From Candidatus Zixiibacteriota bacterium (GTDB taxonomy: Bacteria; Zixibacteria; MSB-5A5; SM1-73), in assembly GCA_022866585.1 (NCBI GenBank), contig JALHUP010000024.1, positions 1 through 27,219 of the forward strand: a DNA stretch of 27,219 nucleotides. Direction: 5' to 3'. A model generated the notes under the pieces. It did not search any database. It was given only the letters and a program-made list of their open reading frames with translations, and was not told where the DNA came from. The first letter of the stretch is position 1. Each line of letters starts with the position of its first letter. Positions 1 through 8,646 of this stretch are shown here, piece after piece. Made by a program: the position numbers and the translations under genes.

Positions 1-398
1 ACGCCGGAGAGCATGACTTCTACCCCAAACTTGGTAAAATCGCCGGAGATCAACTCCCGTATGACATTAGCATAAAGCGAGCAAGCGGCTTGCCTTTCCA
101 CCACCAATCCGGAGATTTTTCCAGCTGACTCCCCTATAAAGGTGACCTCGCCCAATTCATCGCTGGTCACATAGCCAGAACAACTGTGCAGTTGAAGATG
201 AGAATTGGGAGTATAGACTACCACCAAAGATCCTTTCCCTTTGCCCAAAGTAACCTCAGGATAAATCTCCAGAATCAAAGTTCTGCGACCTTCATCCGAG
301 GTGATTTTCATTCGGAAGTGATCCTTCTCTTTGTGCACGCTTTCAGCTTTCAGACATTCGGAGATTTTGTCTATATCTTTTTTAGTAAAAATTGGCAT
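1..398 (-). CDS. Hypothetical protein, runs off the window start (>132 aa; MPIFTKKDIDKISECLKAESVHKEKDHFRMKITSDEGRRTLILEIYPEV...)
   Basis: Manual translation of the reverse complement from ATG at 398 gives an uninterrupted frame to position 1. It is absent from the ORF track, probably because no stop codon lies inside the window. Same orientation as the neighbouring genes. No family recognised. Confidence 0.75.
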   Translation of the reverse strand, partial: MPIFTKKDIDKISECLKAESVHKEKDHFRMKITSDEGRRTLILEIYPEVTLGKGKGSLVVVYTPNSHLQLHSCSGYVTSDELGEVTFIGESAGKISGLVVERQAACSLYANVIRELISGDFTKFGVEVMLSG

Positions 399-460
399 AG
401 TTTATTTCCAATTCAATGGATGATTTTTTCGTCTTACCTCATCATTTAATTTCCGGCCCA

Positions 461-496
461 TCCCGCCAAAGACGAATTTCTTTTGTGATCGCGGGA
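461..496. repeat. Imperfect hairpin (TCCCGC...GCGGGA outer stem, AAAGA/TCTTT inner stem) downstream of tatA
   Basis: tcccgc 461-466 pairs with gcggga 491-496. It resembles the CCCGC-AAA/TTT-GCGGG palindromes at 1159-1181 and about 1247-1260. There is no U-tract on the minus strand. Confidence 0.35.
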
Positions 497-525
497 AAAT
501 CTTGATAATACGATTCCACCCGGGT

Positions 526-750
526 TTATTTGTTCTCCCCCAAATCAGGCTTTTTAGTTTGATCTTCTATCTTCTTCTCAGGAGTCTCCGGCTTGGTTAT
601 TTCATCTTGAGCTTCCTTCATAGCTTTTCTGAACTCCCTCATGCCCTTGCCTAACCCATGAGCGATCTCAGGTATTCTTTTCGCTCCGAACAAAAGCAGA
701 ATCACCAAAAAGATCAAAAGCAGTTCTTGCGCACCGATTCCTCCTAACAT
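526..750 (-). CDS. tatA: Sec-independent protein translocase subunit TatA/E
   Basis: MLGGIGAQELLLIFLVILLLFGAKRIPEIAHGLGKGMREFRKA: single TM helix, FG hinge, amphipathic helix and charged tail. AGGAGG lies just upstream of ATG 750, so the start was moved from 756. Confidence 0.93.
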   Translation of the reverse strand: MLGGIGAQELLLIFLVILLLFGAKRIPEIAHGLGKGMREFRKAMKEAQDEITKPETPEKKIEDQTKKPDLGENK

Positions 751-810
751 AAGCACCTCCTCCTAACCAAATGTAATCTAAATATAAATACGCTTAAAAA
801 TGAGATTGGT

Positions 811-831
811 TCTAAACTCTTAACTCTATAC
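811..831. repeat. Degenerate 7-bp tandem repeat TCTAAAC-TCTTAAC-TCTATAC
   Basis: Three units with period 7 read directly, just after the stop codon of the 834-1100 gene. Confidence 0.45.
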
Positions 832-833
832 TT

Positions 834-1100
834 CTACAAAAACCACCATCGGAAATATATCACTACCAAGATAACGAAAAGGATGCTGACGAAATTTATC
901 TTGACCAAAAGTCCGATGGTGAAGCTGATTGCATATAGTTCAAGTGTTATTGGTTTGAATCCAATATTTAGGCTTCTTTCAAAAAGTGTCTTAACTGCAC
1001 CGTCAGGCAAAAAGGAGCCGATGAGCTCACCGACCAATCCCCCCACCACTGCTCCCAAGACCAAAGCTATGATCAAAAAGGTTATTTCCTTTCCCTTCAA
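834..1100 (-). CDS. Small membrane protein, DUF4321-like
   Basis: 88 aa with an N-terminal hydrophobic helix (GAVVGGLVGELIG) and a C-terminal hydrophobic segment. TTG start preceded by AAGGAG. The family call is from recalled pattern only. Confidence 0.75.
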   Translation of the reverse strand: MKGKEITFLIIALVLGAVVGGLVGELIGSFLPDGAVKTLFERSLNIGFKPITLELYAISFTIGLLVKINFVSILFVILVVIYFRWWFL

Positions 1101-1153
1101 ATCTTTTGCTCCTTCACTTATTTAAAAAACCACCTGGAGTGTCAAGCTAATCC

Positions 1154-1293
1154 GGAGTGCACCCCGCCTTTGGCGGGGTGCGGTTTTTCTCAAAAACCAA
1201 GCAGTGGGGATATGAGGAAATTTAAATTTCAAAAAAACGCAAAAGCCCCGCAAAGCGGGATCTCCGCTTCGCTCCGACAAGCTTTTGCACTCC
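1154..1293. repeat. Composite REP-like element bounded by GGAGTGC...GCACTCC with internal palindromes
   Basis: GGAGTGC at 1154-1160; perfect 10-bp stem GCACCCCGCC-TTT-GGCGGGGTGC at 1159-1181; CCCGC-AAA-GCGGG near 1247-1259. CAAGCTTTTGCACTCC at 1278-1293 is the exact reverse complement of 8564-8579. Confidence 0.6.
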
Positions 1294-1334
1294 AAAAACC
1301 ACTTTTTCAGCAGTCCCTCCAGCTTAACCCTCCT

Positions 1335-2039
1335 TCAAATTGGTTTACCCTTTTCAAAAAAGTTGACTATGGATTGGAATATATATTTCCCATCCTCCGA
1401 TCCCAAAATCTTCTCTGAGGCTCTTTCCGGATGAGGCATCATCCCTAAAACGTTTCTTTTTTCATTACAGATTCCGGCGATGTTGTATAACGAACCATTG
1501 GGGTTTGCCTCTGAGGTTATTTTCCCTTGGTGGTCACAGTATCTGAAGACTATCTGCTGGTTTTGTTTTAATCTCGTCAAACCTTCTTCAGAGATGAAGT
1601 AATTCCCATCAGTGTGAGCAATCGGAATCTTGAGCACTTGACCTTTAGGACAGAGGTTGGTGAAAGGTGTATCTTTATTCTCCACTTCAATGTGAACAAA
1701 TTTGCAGATGAATCGTAAGGAGGTATTCCGCAACATGGCACCCGGGAGAAGTCCCGCCTCCAAAAGTATCTGGAATCCATTGCATATCCCCACCACCAAT
1801 CCCCCCTCTTGAGCAAAATTCATTAACTCTTTCATGATGGGTGAAAATCTGGCGATGGCTCCAGTTCTCAAGTAATCACCGTAGGAAAAGCCGCCGGGTA
1901 AAATCACACAGTCACAATTAGAAAGTGAGGTATCCTGATGCCACAGAAACTCAACCTCTCGCTTTACGACGTTCTTGATCACCATGTAAGCATCGTAATC
2001 GCAATTTGATCCGGGGAAGATTATCACTCCAAATTTCAT
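1335..2039 (-). CDS. purQ: Phosphoribosylformylglycinamidine synthase subunit PurQ (glutaminase)
   Basis: [28 protein letters not shown] (catalytic Cys) and GMMPHPER (His-Glu) motifs. Confidence 0.98.
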   Translation of the reverse strand: MKFGVIIFPGSNCDYDAYMVIKNVVKREVEFLWHQDTSLSNCDCVILPGGFSYGDYLRTGAIARFSPIMKELMNFAQEGGLVVGICNGFQILLEAGLLPGAMLRNTSLRFICKFVHIEVENKDTPFTNLCPKGQVLKIPIAHTDGNYFISEEGLTRLKQNQQIVFRYCDHQGKITSEANPNGSLYNIAGICNEKRNVLGMMPHPERASEKILGSEDGKYIFQSIVNFFEKGKPI

Positions 2040-2299
2040 TTCAAAATCTCGAAGTTATAATTTTCGATTACTGGGTTGGTTAAAAGTTTTCTGCATATCT
2101 CATTGATCAACTCTTCCGGTTTTTTACCCTGATCTTGCTGGAAGGCTATCTCAAAAACCTTGCCAGAGCGAACGTCTTTGATGCCATGATATCCCATATT
2201 TTCTAAAGCCCTTTTTATGGTTGATCCTTGAGGGTCTAAGACTCCATCTTTGAGTTTAACATATACAACGGCACGGGATAATTTATTTTCTTTCTCCAT
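2036..2299 (-). CDS. purS: Phosphoribosylformylglycinamidine synthase subunit PurS
   Basis: [14 protein letters not shown] ... VRSGKVFEI ... [17 protein letters not shown] precedes ATG 2299, so the start was moved from 2374. The stop overlaps the purQ start (ATGA). Confidence 0.95.
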   Translation of the reverse strand: MEKENKLSRAVVYVKLKDGVLDPQGSTIKRALENMGYHGIKDVRSGKVFEIAFQQDQGKKPEELINEICRKLLTNPVIENYNFEILK

Positions 2300-2392
2300 A
2301 ATTTTAGCTACCTCCTCAGAAGTTTTATCTATGTCGGGCGCTCCATGAAGCTGGATCCCAGTCGGCTTCGACAAGTTGTGCTATTTCTATAT

Positions 2393-3112
2393 TTACGCTA
2401 TCTTCTCCTGCTTTTCTACATGGAACAAACTATATCCTCCTTTGACTACACCAGAGAGAACGTAAAGTAAGCCAAAAGGAAATAAAACCAGTCTGGGATT
2501 GATCAAAAGAGCGATTACGAAAACAAAAACATAAATCAATTTGATTTTGTTTTTTCTGTCACCTAAAGAGAATTTGGGGAGAGTTTCATATTCAATGCCG
2601 CTCACCATCAAGCCGGAGAAGGCAATAATCATGGTAATCAGAACTTTGGGGAATCTAAGCACCCCCCAAATCTCATGGCAAAATAAGGTGTAACTAACTA
2701 AGGTGATAGCGGCAGACGGGATGGGAAGCCCCAGGTAAGGATGCTTTTCGTTTAATTTAGATAGCCCTAAATTGAACCGAGCTAACCTAAAGGCGCCGCA
2801 CATGACGAAAATAAACCCCAGAATCCATCCCCACTTTCCCAAGGGGTATAGATTTAGACTATAAAACATTACAACCGGCGCTATGCCAAAAGATAGAAGA
2901 TCGGCGAAAGAATCCAATTCCATCCCAAAGCGAGAAGCTGATTTGGAAAATCTTGCCACCATTCCGTCTAAAGCATCGAAGAATCCAGCTAAAACTATCA
3001 TCCAGGCGGCAAATCCTATCTCTCCATCGAAGCTCGACAGCAGTGAAACAAACCCACAGAACATATTTCCTGCGGTGAAAATACCGGGAAAGATTCCTTT
3101 AATGTTTCTCAC
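2393..3112 (-). CDS. pssA: CDP-diacylglycerol--serine O-phosphatidyltransferase
   Basis: CDP-alcohol phosphotransferase motif DALDGMVAR...SRFGMELDSFADLLSFGIAP, RLARFN and FxGLPIPSAA-like segment; multiple TM helices; adjacent to psd with a GTGA overlap. Confidence 0.93.
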   Translation of the reverse strand: MRNIKGIFPGIFTAGNMFCGFVSLLSSFDGEIGFAAWMIVLAGFFDALDGMVARFSKSASRFGMELDSFADLLSFGIAPVVMFYSLNLYPLGKWGWILGFIFVMCGAFRLARFNLGLSKLNEKHPYLGLPIPSAAITLVSYTLFCHEIWGVLRFPKVLITMIIAFSGLMVSGIEYETLPKFSLGDRKNKIKLIYVFVFVIALLINPRLVLFPFGLLYVLSGVVKGGYSLFHVEKQEKIA

Positions 3113-3753
3113 TTTTGGAAAACTCCTATAATCGTTTCTCCAGCCCTGACCTTATGATCCAACTTGACTTTGATTTGAACATTTTCAGGTAAAAACAGAT
3201 CCAATCTGGAGCCAAGTTTTATCATTCCAAATCTATCTCCTGCTTTGACCAAGTCCTCTTGTTTCAACTTACATACGATCCTTCGGGCTATGATTCCTGC
3301 AATTTGTTTGAGCACAACTTTTCCGTGTTCATTTTCCAAACCCAGCTCCGTTTGTTCATTTTCCGAAGAGGCTTTATCTTTGAAAGCAGGAAGAAACTTA
3401 CCTGGGTTATATTTAAAATATTTTACCACCCCAGAGATGGGAACTCTATTGACGTGCACATCAAAAAGCGACATGAACACACTCACCAAAGTTCCCCCTC
3501 CACCCATAAATTCCAAATTCTCAAGCGGCTTTATCAAAATGACCTTGCCATCCGCCGGAGCCAAAATCAGATTTTCACCTTCAGGCACCTCCCTTTCCGG
3601 ATCTCTGAAGAAGAACAAGAAAAACATACCAAATATAAAAAAGATTATGGCACCAAGTAAACTTATGATATTGCCAAGCCAAACAAAAAGCAAAAATAAA
3701 ACCAGTGAAAAAATAGAAACTGGAAGTATGAAACTCAAGCCTTCTTTTGCCAT
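3109..3753 (-). CDS. psd: Phosphatidylserine decarboxylase proenzyme
   Basis: FFRDPER, APADGKV, SVFMSLFDVHVNRVPISG and self-cleavage site GMIKLGSRLD. Confidence 0.94.
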   Translation of the reverse strand: MAKEGLSFILPVSIFSLVLFLLFVWLGNIISLLGAIIFFIFGMFFLFFFRDPEREVPEGENLILAPADGKVILIKPLENLEFMGGGGTLVSVFMSLFDVHVNRVPISGVVKYFKYNPGKFLPAFKDKASSENEQTELGLENEHGKVVLKQIAGIIARRIVCKLKQEDLVKAGDRFGMIKLGSRLDLFLPENVQIKVKLDHKVRAGETIIGVFQK

Positions 3754-3792
3754 AATTTGTCTTCCGGGAGTTACCGGTCTTAAAGCCGTGTC

Positions 3793-6447
3793 TTAATCAA
3801 AATCATATATCTTTTTTACTTTTTCCTCTATCTTCTCGTCGATCGTCTCTATTTCTTTTTTCAAATCTTCAGCGTGTTTACCAGTTTTTGCCTTTTGCAA
3901 TTGTTCATTTAACATAAGAATCTTATCCACGAGTTTCGCTATCCCTCTTTGTGTGATTTTGGAAGCTTTCCTTATGGGGAGCTGTTCGATGGTCTCTATG
4001 TCGGTCTGAGCCATGGTCCTGCCAAGCTCCAGACTGATGAGATGATAATAGTGGTTCATTAGCTTAGAGTTTAGGATGGCTAAGATATATTTCAAATTGA
4101 AGTTCTTGTTTGCTAATACAATAGAGTGCAAATTATCTAAATGATAATAACCTTTATTATCATAAGTGGTGATGAGGCTATCTCCAGTTTTTCGCAATAG
4201 CAGTTTTTTACCTGAAACAATCTTGGTGTCCCAGCCTCCAGCCCAAAGTAGGTCAGGGTCAAGATTGATGAAATGCCCTTCATATTTCAATGAATAACGC
4301 TGAATTTGCCCACCAGATATTAGTCCTCTCTGCCAATTTCTACCTTTTTTGGATTCGCTCACGATTTTCTTTTGACCAATTTTCGACCTAACCCCTACAT
4401 GTATGGTGACTATACCGTCTTCTCCACCAAGGGGAATAGCATCTTTTTCCATCTTAGTGACAAAACTTTTTGAAACCCTATCAAAGAAAAGTCGGAAACG
4501 GTTGTAAGCGGTCTTTTCGAAAGAGCTTTGGAGATATGAAAAAGATTTGAAGTTGTCCTGGTTAATGTCATTAGCTGTGGCATATAATTTTGCGGTTACT
4601 TCATTCGATTTTCTCTTCCTTTCGTCAGTTTCTTTTCTTAAGATGATTATTACCGGCCGTCCTACAATTCCATATTTCCAAAAATCTTTCAAAAACAAAA
4701 TCACTTCCTCGATAGCACAGTTGTTTAAAATATATCTTCTCAGCTTCGAAAAGTATCTTCCCAGAAGAAAGCTGTCCGGAATGATAAATCCAAGTTTCCC
4801 TCCTGGTTTTAATAGCTCGATTCCTCTTTGCAAGAAGATGGCATAAATGCTGATCTTGTATTCAGCGGAGTTGGGATATTTTTCACGCAGTAGATTTAAC
4901 AGACCTCTTTTTCTTCGAGCTAAATCTCGCGACCCCCTGACCCCAAAACTGATGTAAGGAGGATTTCCCACCACAATATCAAAAGGCGTCTGTTTTAAGA
5001 TCATCCCATGTGAAAATCTTTTATTGGAGTTGGTCACCTTGTTTAAAGGGCTCTCTTTCTTGAAGTAATCAAAATCAAACGAATTCTCCAGTCTTTCTAA
5101 GGAATCCCCTTCCGCTATGTTTACATGGCTAGTGGGATGATCCAAGTCCTTCAAAAAAAGATTCATCACCGTCAATTGGGTAGCAAAAGGATTTATATCA
5201 ATTCCATAAAGATTTTTGCTTAATATCTCATTATGTTGGTTCTCTTCTGCCCATCCCCCTTTTCGATAAATCTCTCTTAACCTATCATTGGCTTTCATCA
5301 AAAATCCACCTGAGCCACAGGCAGGGTCTAAGATTTTTTTATCTGGGGAGGTCTCCATTTTGTCCAATATATAGTCGATCACAAAATCGGGGGTATAGAA
5401 TTGCCCTAACTCTTTTCTTTCCTTCTTGGTGATATGTTGTTCGTATGCTCGACCTAAAATATCCTTGGTTATCTTGCTAAAGTCATGCTCACCCAAAGTA
5501 TCCAAAATAAAATTGATGGTTTCCTCATTCCATCTAATATCTTCGAAGCGAATATCATCAAACAGAGGTGCTTTATAGAGACCTTCAAATCTCTCGGCTA
5601 TCTCACCAAAAGCTAAACCCAATAGTCTGCTGGGTCTTTCCACCATCTCTTTCCATTTCTTTAGACCTTCTTTGTGAAGTTTGGGTTTCACATGACCCCT
5701 GTCTTCACAGATTCTTAAGAATAAAAGCCGGTTGATTAATGTGTATGCTCCTTCTGTGCAAAGTTTGTCGATGAGCTTCGGATCATCCAGGCTCATATTC
5801 ACTCTATCTGCCCAAGCATCGATTATTTCTTTGAATTTCTGATCATCCTTATACCTGATTCTGAATTGATCCGAAAGATCAAGGAAAAGCCTTTTTTTGC
5901 ACTCCGCCAAATCCTTTATCAAAATATTGGCGGTAACAGTCTCCTTTACCTCTTCAGCATCCTTTGTAATCCTGACAGCGGTCTTTAAGTTTTCTTTTGA
6001 AATCCTCGCTTCCAAGCTGGGAAAAGTTTGAGGCAAGTCTTCAAGCTGGGTAGAAAATATCTTTCGGTCAAGAGGCGAAACGCCGGTGATAAATGATTTA
6101 TAGAGCCTGATTTCTATGCCATTAGTCAAAATCACCCAGTCTACACCTTTTTTGAAAGCATAGTCTAATGCTTTATCTACATGATGATCCAAATCTTCAT
6201 CTAAATCTTTGGTCTCCACAATTAGCTTGGGTTTTCCTTCGAACAGTAGAGCGATATCTGCCCTATTGTTTCGGACATGATGCTCAAAGTCCATATCCTT
6301 TTGCACATCATATCCCAAAAGTTGCAAAAGAGGCAGGGTTAGTTTTATCTTGACGTTTTCCTCGACCTTCCCTTCCGCTCTCCGGACATATTTGTCTATA
6401 TCTAAAGAGACCAAATCAAACACTCTCTCTTTTAAAGTCTTCTTCAT
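3793..6447 (-). CDS. Fused restriction endonuclease/N6-adenine DNA methyltransferase (type IIG / Eco57I-like) with C-terminal TaqI_C-like target recognition domain
   Basis: N-terminal HsdR_N-like PD-(D/E)xK domain (E30, RAD64, E78-T-K80); GQFYTP; SAM-binding ILDPACGSGGFL; catalytic GNPPY; C-terminal YILAILNSKLM segment typical of TaqI_C-type domains. Confidence 0.9.
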   Translation of the reverse strand: MKKTLKERVFDLVSLDIDKYVRRAEGKVEENVKIKLTLPLLQLLGYDVQKDMDFEHHVRNNRADIALLFEGKPKLIVETKDLDEDLDHHVDKALDYAFKKGVDWVILTNGIEIRLYKSFITGVSPLDRKIFSTQLEDLPQTFPSLEARISKENLKTAVRITKDAEEVKETVTANILIKDLAECKKRLFLDLSDQFRIRYKDDQKFKEIIDAWADRVNMSLDDPKLIDKLCTEGAYTLINRLLFLRICEDRGHVKPKLHKEGLKKWKEMVERPSRLLGLAFGEIAERFEGLYKAPLFDDIRFEDIRWNEETINFILDTLGEHDFSKITKDILGRAYEQHITKKERKELGQFYTPDFVIDYILDKMETSPDKKILDPACGSGGFLMKANDRLREIYRKGGWAEENQHNEILSKNLYGIDINPFATQLTVMNLFLKDLDHPTSHVNIAEGDSLERLENSFDFDYFKKESPLNKVTNSNKRFSHGMILKQTPFDIVVGNPPYISFGVRGSRDLARRKRGLLNLLREKYPNSAEYKISIYAIFLQRGIELLKPGGKLGFIIPDSFLLGRYFSKLRRYILNNCAIEEVILFLKDFWKYGIVGRPVIIILRKETDERKRKSNEVTAKLYATANDINQDNFKSFSYLQSSFEKTAYNRFRLFFDRVSKSFVTKMEKDAIPLGGEDGIVTIHVGVRSKIGQKKIVSESKKGRNWQRGLISGGQIQRYSLKYEGHFINLDPDLLWAGGWDTKIVSGKKLLLRKTGDSLITTYDNKGYYHLDNLHSIVLANKNFNLKYILAILNSKLMNHYYHLISLELGRTMAQTDIETIEQLPIRKASKITQRGIAKLVDKILMLNEQLQKAKTGKHAEDLKKEIETIDEKIEEKVKKIYDFD

Positions 6448-6461
6448 GATCTTATAGGAAA

Positions 6462-7763
6462 TTATCTTTTTTGTCCAAACACCCTTTTGAAGATATAATC
6501 AACGTTTCTTAAATAATAATCTAAACTGAAACACTCTTCGATTTCTTTTTCGCTCAAATACTTTTTTACTCTTTGGTCATTTTTAATCAGATCCCTAAAG
6601 TTTTCATTCCTATTCCAAGCCTTCATGGCGTTATCCTGAACCATCAGGTAAGCATCTTCCTTTGAGGGAGTCTTTTCGGATAGTGCCAAAAGTAATCGTC
6701 CAGAGAAAATCATGCCACGAGTTTTCTCCAGATTTTTTCTCATATTATCCGGATAGACCAAAAGGTTTTCTATGATTTTTGTGAATTGAGTGAGCATATA
6801 ATCGACCAGGATAGTAGAGTCAGGTATGATTACTCTTTCCACAGAAGAGTGAGATATATCTCTTTCGTGCCATAAAGTTATATTTTCCAAAGCGGCTTGG
6901 GCATTGGTTCTAACCAGCCGGGCAAGCCCGCATAGTCTTTCACAGGTGATGGGATTTCTCTTATGAGGCATGGCAGATGAACCCTTTTGTCCTTTGGCAA
7001 AGCCCTCCTCCAATTCTAAAATTTCAGTTCTTTGCAAATTTCTTATCTCAGTGGCGAATTTCTCGATGGAGCTGGCGATGATAGCTAAAGCGGTCATAAA
7101 TTCTGCATGTCTATCCCTTTGTATTATCTGACTGGAGATGGGAGCAGGTTTCAACTCCAATTTTTTACACACATATTCCTCCACCCGTGGATCTAAATTA
7201 GAAAAGGTTCCCACTGCCCCTGAGATTTTTCCCACTGAAATCGTCTCGATTGCCCTTTTCAGCCGCTCCATATTTCTTTGAACCTCGGCATACCACAGAG
7301 CAAACTTTAAACCAAGCGTTATCGGTTCTGCATGCACGCCATGAGTTCTCCCGATCATGGGTGTGTGTTTGAACTCAAATGCCTTTTTCTTCAAACTTAA
7401 GCTCAGGTTATCTAAGTCTTGTAAAATCACCTCACCAGCTTCTCTCATCAATAAGGAGAGCGAAGTGTCTAAAATATCGGAGGAGGTCATCCCATAGTGA
7501 ACATACTTAGCTTCTTTACCGATATTCTCCGCAAGATTGGTTAAGAATGCGACTACATCATGTTTGGTCTTCTCCTCTATCTGGACAATTCTCTCTACAT
7601 CGAACTTTGCCTTTTTCTTAATCTTTGGTAAAGCGGTTTTGGGGATGATCCCTAAGTTAGCCTGAGCTTCACATGCTAACAGCTCGATATCCAACCATTT
7701 CTGGAATCGATTCTGGTCAGACCATAAAAACTTCATCTGTGATGTGATATACCGTTCTATCAT
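6462..7763 (-). CDS. purB: Adenylosuccinate lyase
   Basis: MIERY start, TKHDVVAF, HYGMTSSD, GRTHGVHAEP and the fumarase/ASL signature GSSAMPHKRNP. Confidence 0.98.
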   Translation of the reverse strand: MIERYITSQMKFLWSDQNRFQKWLDIELLACEAQANLGIIPKTALPKIKKKAKFDVERIVQIEEKTKHDVVAFLTNLAENIGKEAKYVHYGMTSSDILDTSLSLLMREAGEVILQDLDNLSLSLKKKAFEFKHTPMIGRTHGVHAEPITLGLKFALWYAEVQRNMERLKRAIETISVGKISGAVGTFSNLDPRVEEYVCKKLELKPAPISSQIIQRDRHAEFMTALAIIASSIEKFATEIRNLQRTEILELEEGFAKGQKGSSAMPHKRNPITCERLCGLARLVRTNAQAALENITLWHERDISHSSVERVIIPDSTILVDYMLTQFTKIIENLLVYPDNMRKNLEKTRGMIFSGRLLLALSEKTPSKEDAYLMVQDNAMKAWNRNENFRDLIKNDQRVKKYLSEKEIEECFSLDYYLRNVDYIFKRVFGQKR

Positions 7764-7806
7764 TTTCTATCTTTTTTCCCGACAAGATTGGTTTAATACA
7801 GTCTAT

Positions 7807-7869
7807 GGAGACCTGAAGGTCTCCGCTACATTCCTTAAATTGAGGTGTAGCGGAAAGCTTCAGCTTTCC
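7807..7869. repeat. Pair of GTAG-type REP-like hairpins in opposite orientation
   Basis: 7807-7829 (minus) GTAGC-GGAGACC-TTCA-GGTCTCC and 7847-7869 (plus) GTAGC-GGAAAGC-TTCA-GCTTTCC. Confidence 0.75.
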
Positions 7870-7887
7870 ACTTTTCACTCTTAGTTG

Positions 7888-8538
7888 TTATTTATCCACT
7901 TTTTTCCAGTCCTCCAAGAAGTTTTTTATTCCCACATCAGTGAGAGGATGTTTGATCAATTGTTCAATCACCTTGAAGGGGATAGTAGCTATATCAGCTC
8001 CCATGATAGCCGATTCAACCACATGGAGCGGATTTCTCACGCTTGCCACTATGATCTCGGTGGCAACATCATAGTTTTCAAAAATAGTAACTATATCCTC
8101 AATCAGGTCCATCCCCACATGGCTGGCGTCGTCCAGCCTGCCCACAAACGGGCTAACGAATGAAGCTCCAGCCTTAGCCGCCAAAAGTGCTTGAATGGGA
8201 GAAAAGACCAAAGTGCAATTAGTCCGTATACCTTTGGAATCCAAAATTTTTATGACCTTCAAACCATCCTTGGTGATCGGAACTTTGATCACGATATTTT
8301 TGTGCAGCTGGGATAGATCTTCCGCCTCTTTTACCATTCCCTCCACATCCGTAGCCACCACTTCTGCACTTACCGGACCGTCCACCACTTCACATATCTT
8401 TTTGAGAATGGTCTTGAAATCCCCTTTCCCCTTCTCTTTTGCCAGCAAAGTGGGGTTGGTGGTAACTCCATCCAAAATTCCAATACTTGCCGCCTCTTTT
8501 ATTTCATCTAAATTTGCAGTATCGATGAAGAATTTCAT
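7888..8538 (-). CDS. tal: Transaldolase (TalC/FSA family)
   Basis: [20 protein letters not shown] (Schiff-base Lys), [16 protein letters not shown]. Glu in SAEV and Phe in SPF match true transaldolases rather than fructose-6-phosphate aldolase (Gln/Tyr). Confidence 0.93.
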   Translation of the reverse strand: MKFFIDTANLDEIKEAASIGILDGVTTNPTLLAKEKGKGDFKTILKKICEVVDGPVSAEVVATDVEGMVKEAEDLSQLHKNIVIKVPITKDGLKVIKILDSKGIRTNCTLVFSPIQALLAAKAGASFVSPFVGRLDDASHVGMDLIEDIVTIFENYDVATEIIVASVRNPLHVVESAIMGADIATIPFKVIEQLIKHPLTDVGIKNFLEDWKKVDK

Positions 8539-8563
8539 TTTTTAACCTCCAGATTTTTATTTC

Positions 8564-8633
8564 GGAGTGCAAAAGCTTGCTTCTGCGGTTTTAAGCGCAA
8601 AATCAACTTCCCACCAGCAAGCTGGTGTACTCC
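8564..8633. repeat. Inverted pair of GGAGTR-type REP-like hairpins
   Basis: GGAGTG-CAAAAGC-TT-GCTTCTG from 8564 on plus, and GGAGTA-CACCAGC-TT-GCTGGTG ending at 8633 on minus (perfect hairpin 8612-8627). Confidence 0.65.
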
Positions 8634-8646
8634 ACTTCAAATAAAC

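Noticed and set aside
1140-1145. TTGACA upstream of the DUF4321-like gene (also TTGACA at 14167-14172, 14418-14423 on minus and 12799-12804 on plus)
   Set aside because: No convincing -10 hexamer at 16-18 nt spacing, so none was called as a promoter.
2320-2375. TGTCG...CGACA-bounded sequence with a CTTCATGG core between pssA and purS, and the resulting 25-aa N-terminal extension of PurS in the ORF track
   Set aside because: It may be a decayed REP-like element, but the stem is too imperfect to call. The extension is an artefact because a strong SD marks ATG 2299.
3200-3240. Psd cleavage site reads LGS rather than FGS
   Set aside because: LGS is also a known type I PSD autocleavage motif (E. 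coli LGST); not unusual.
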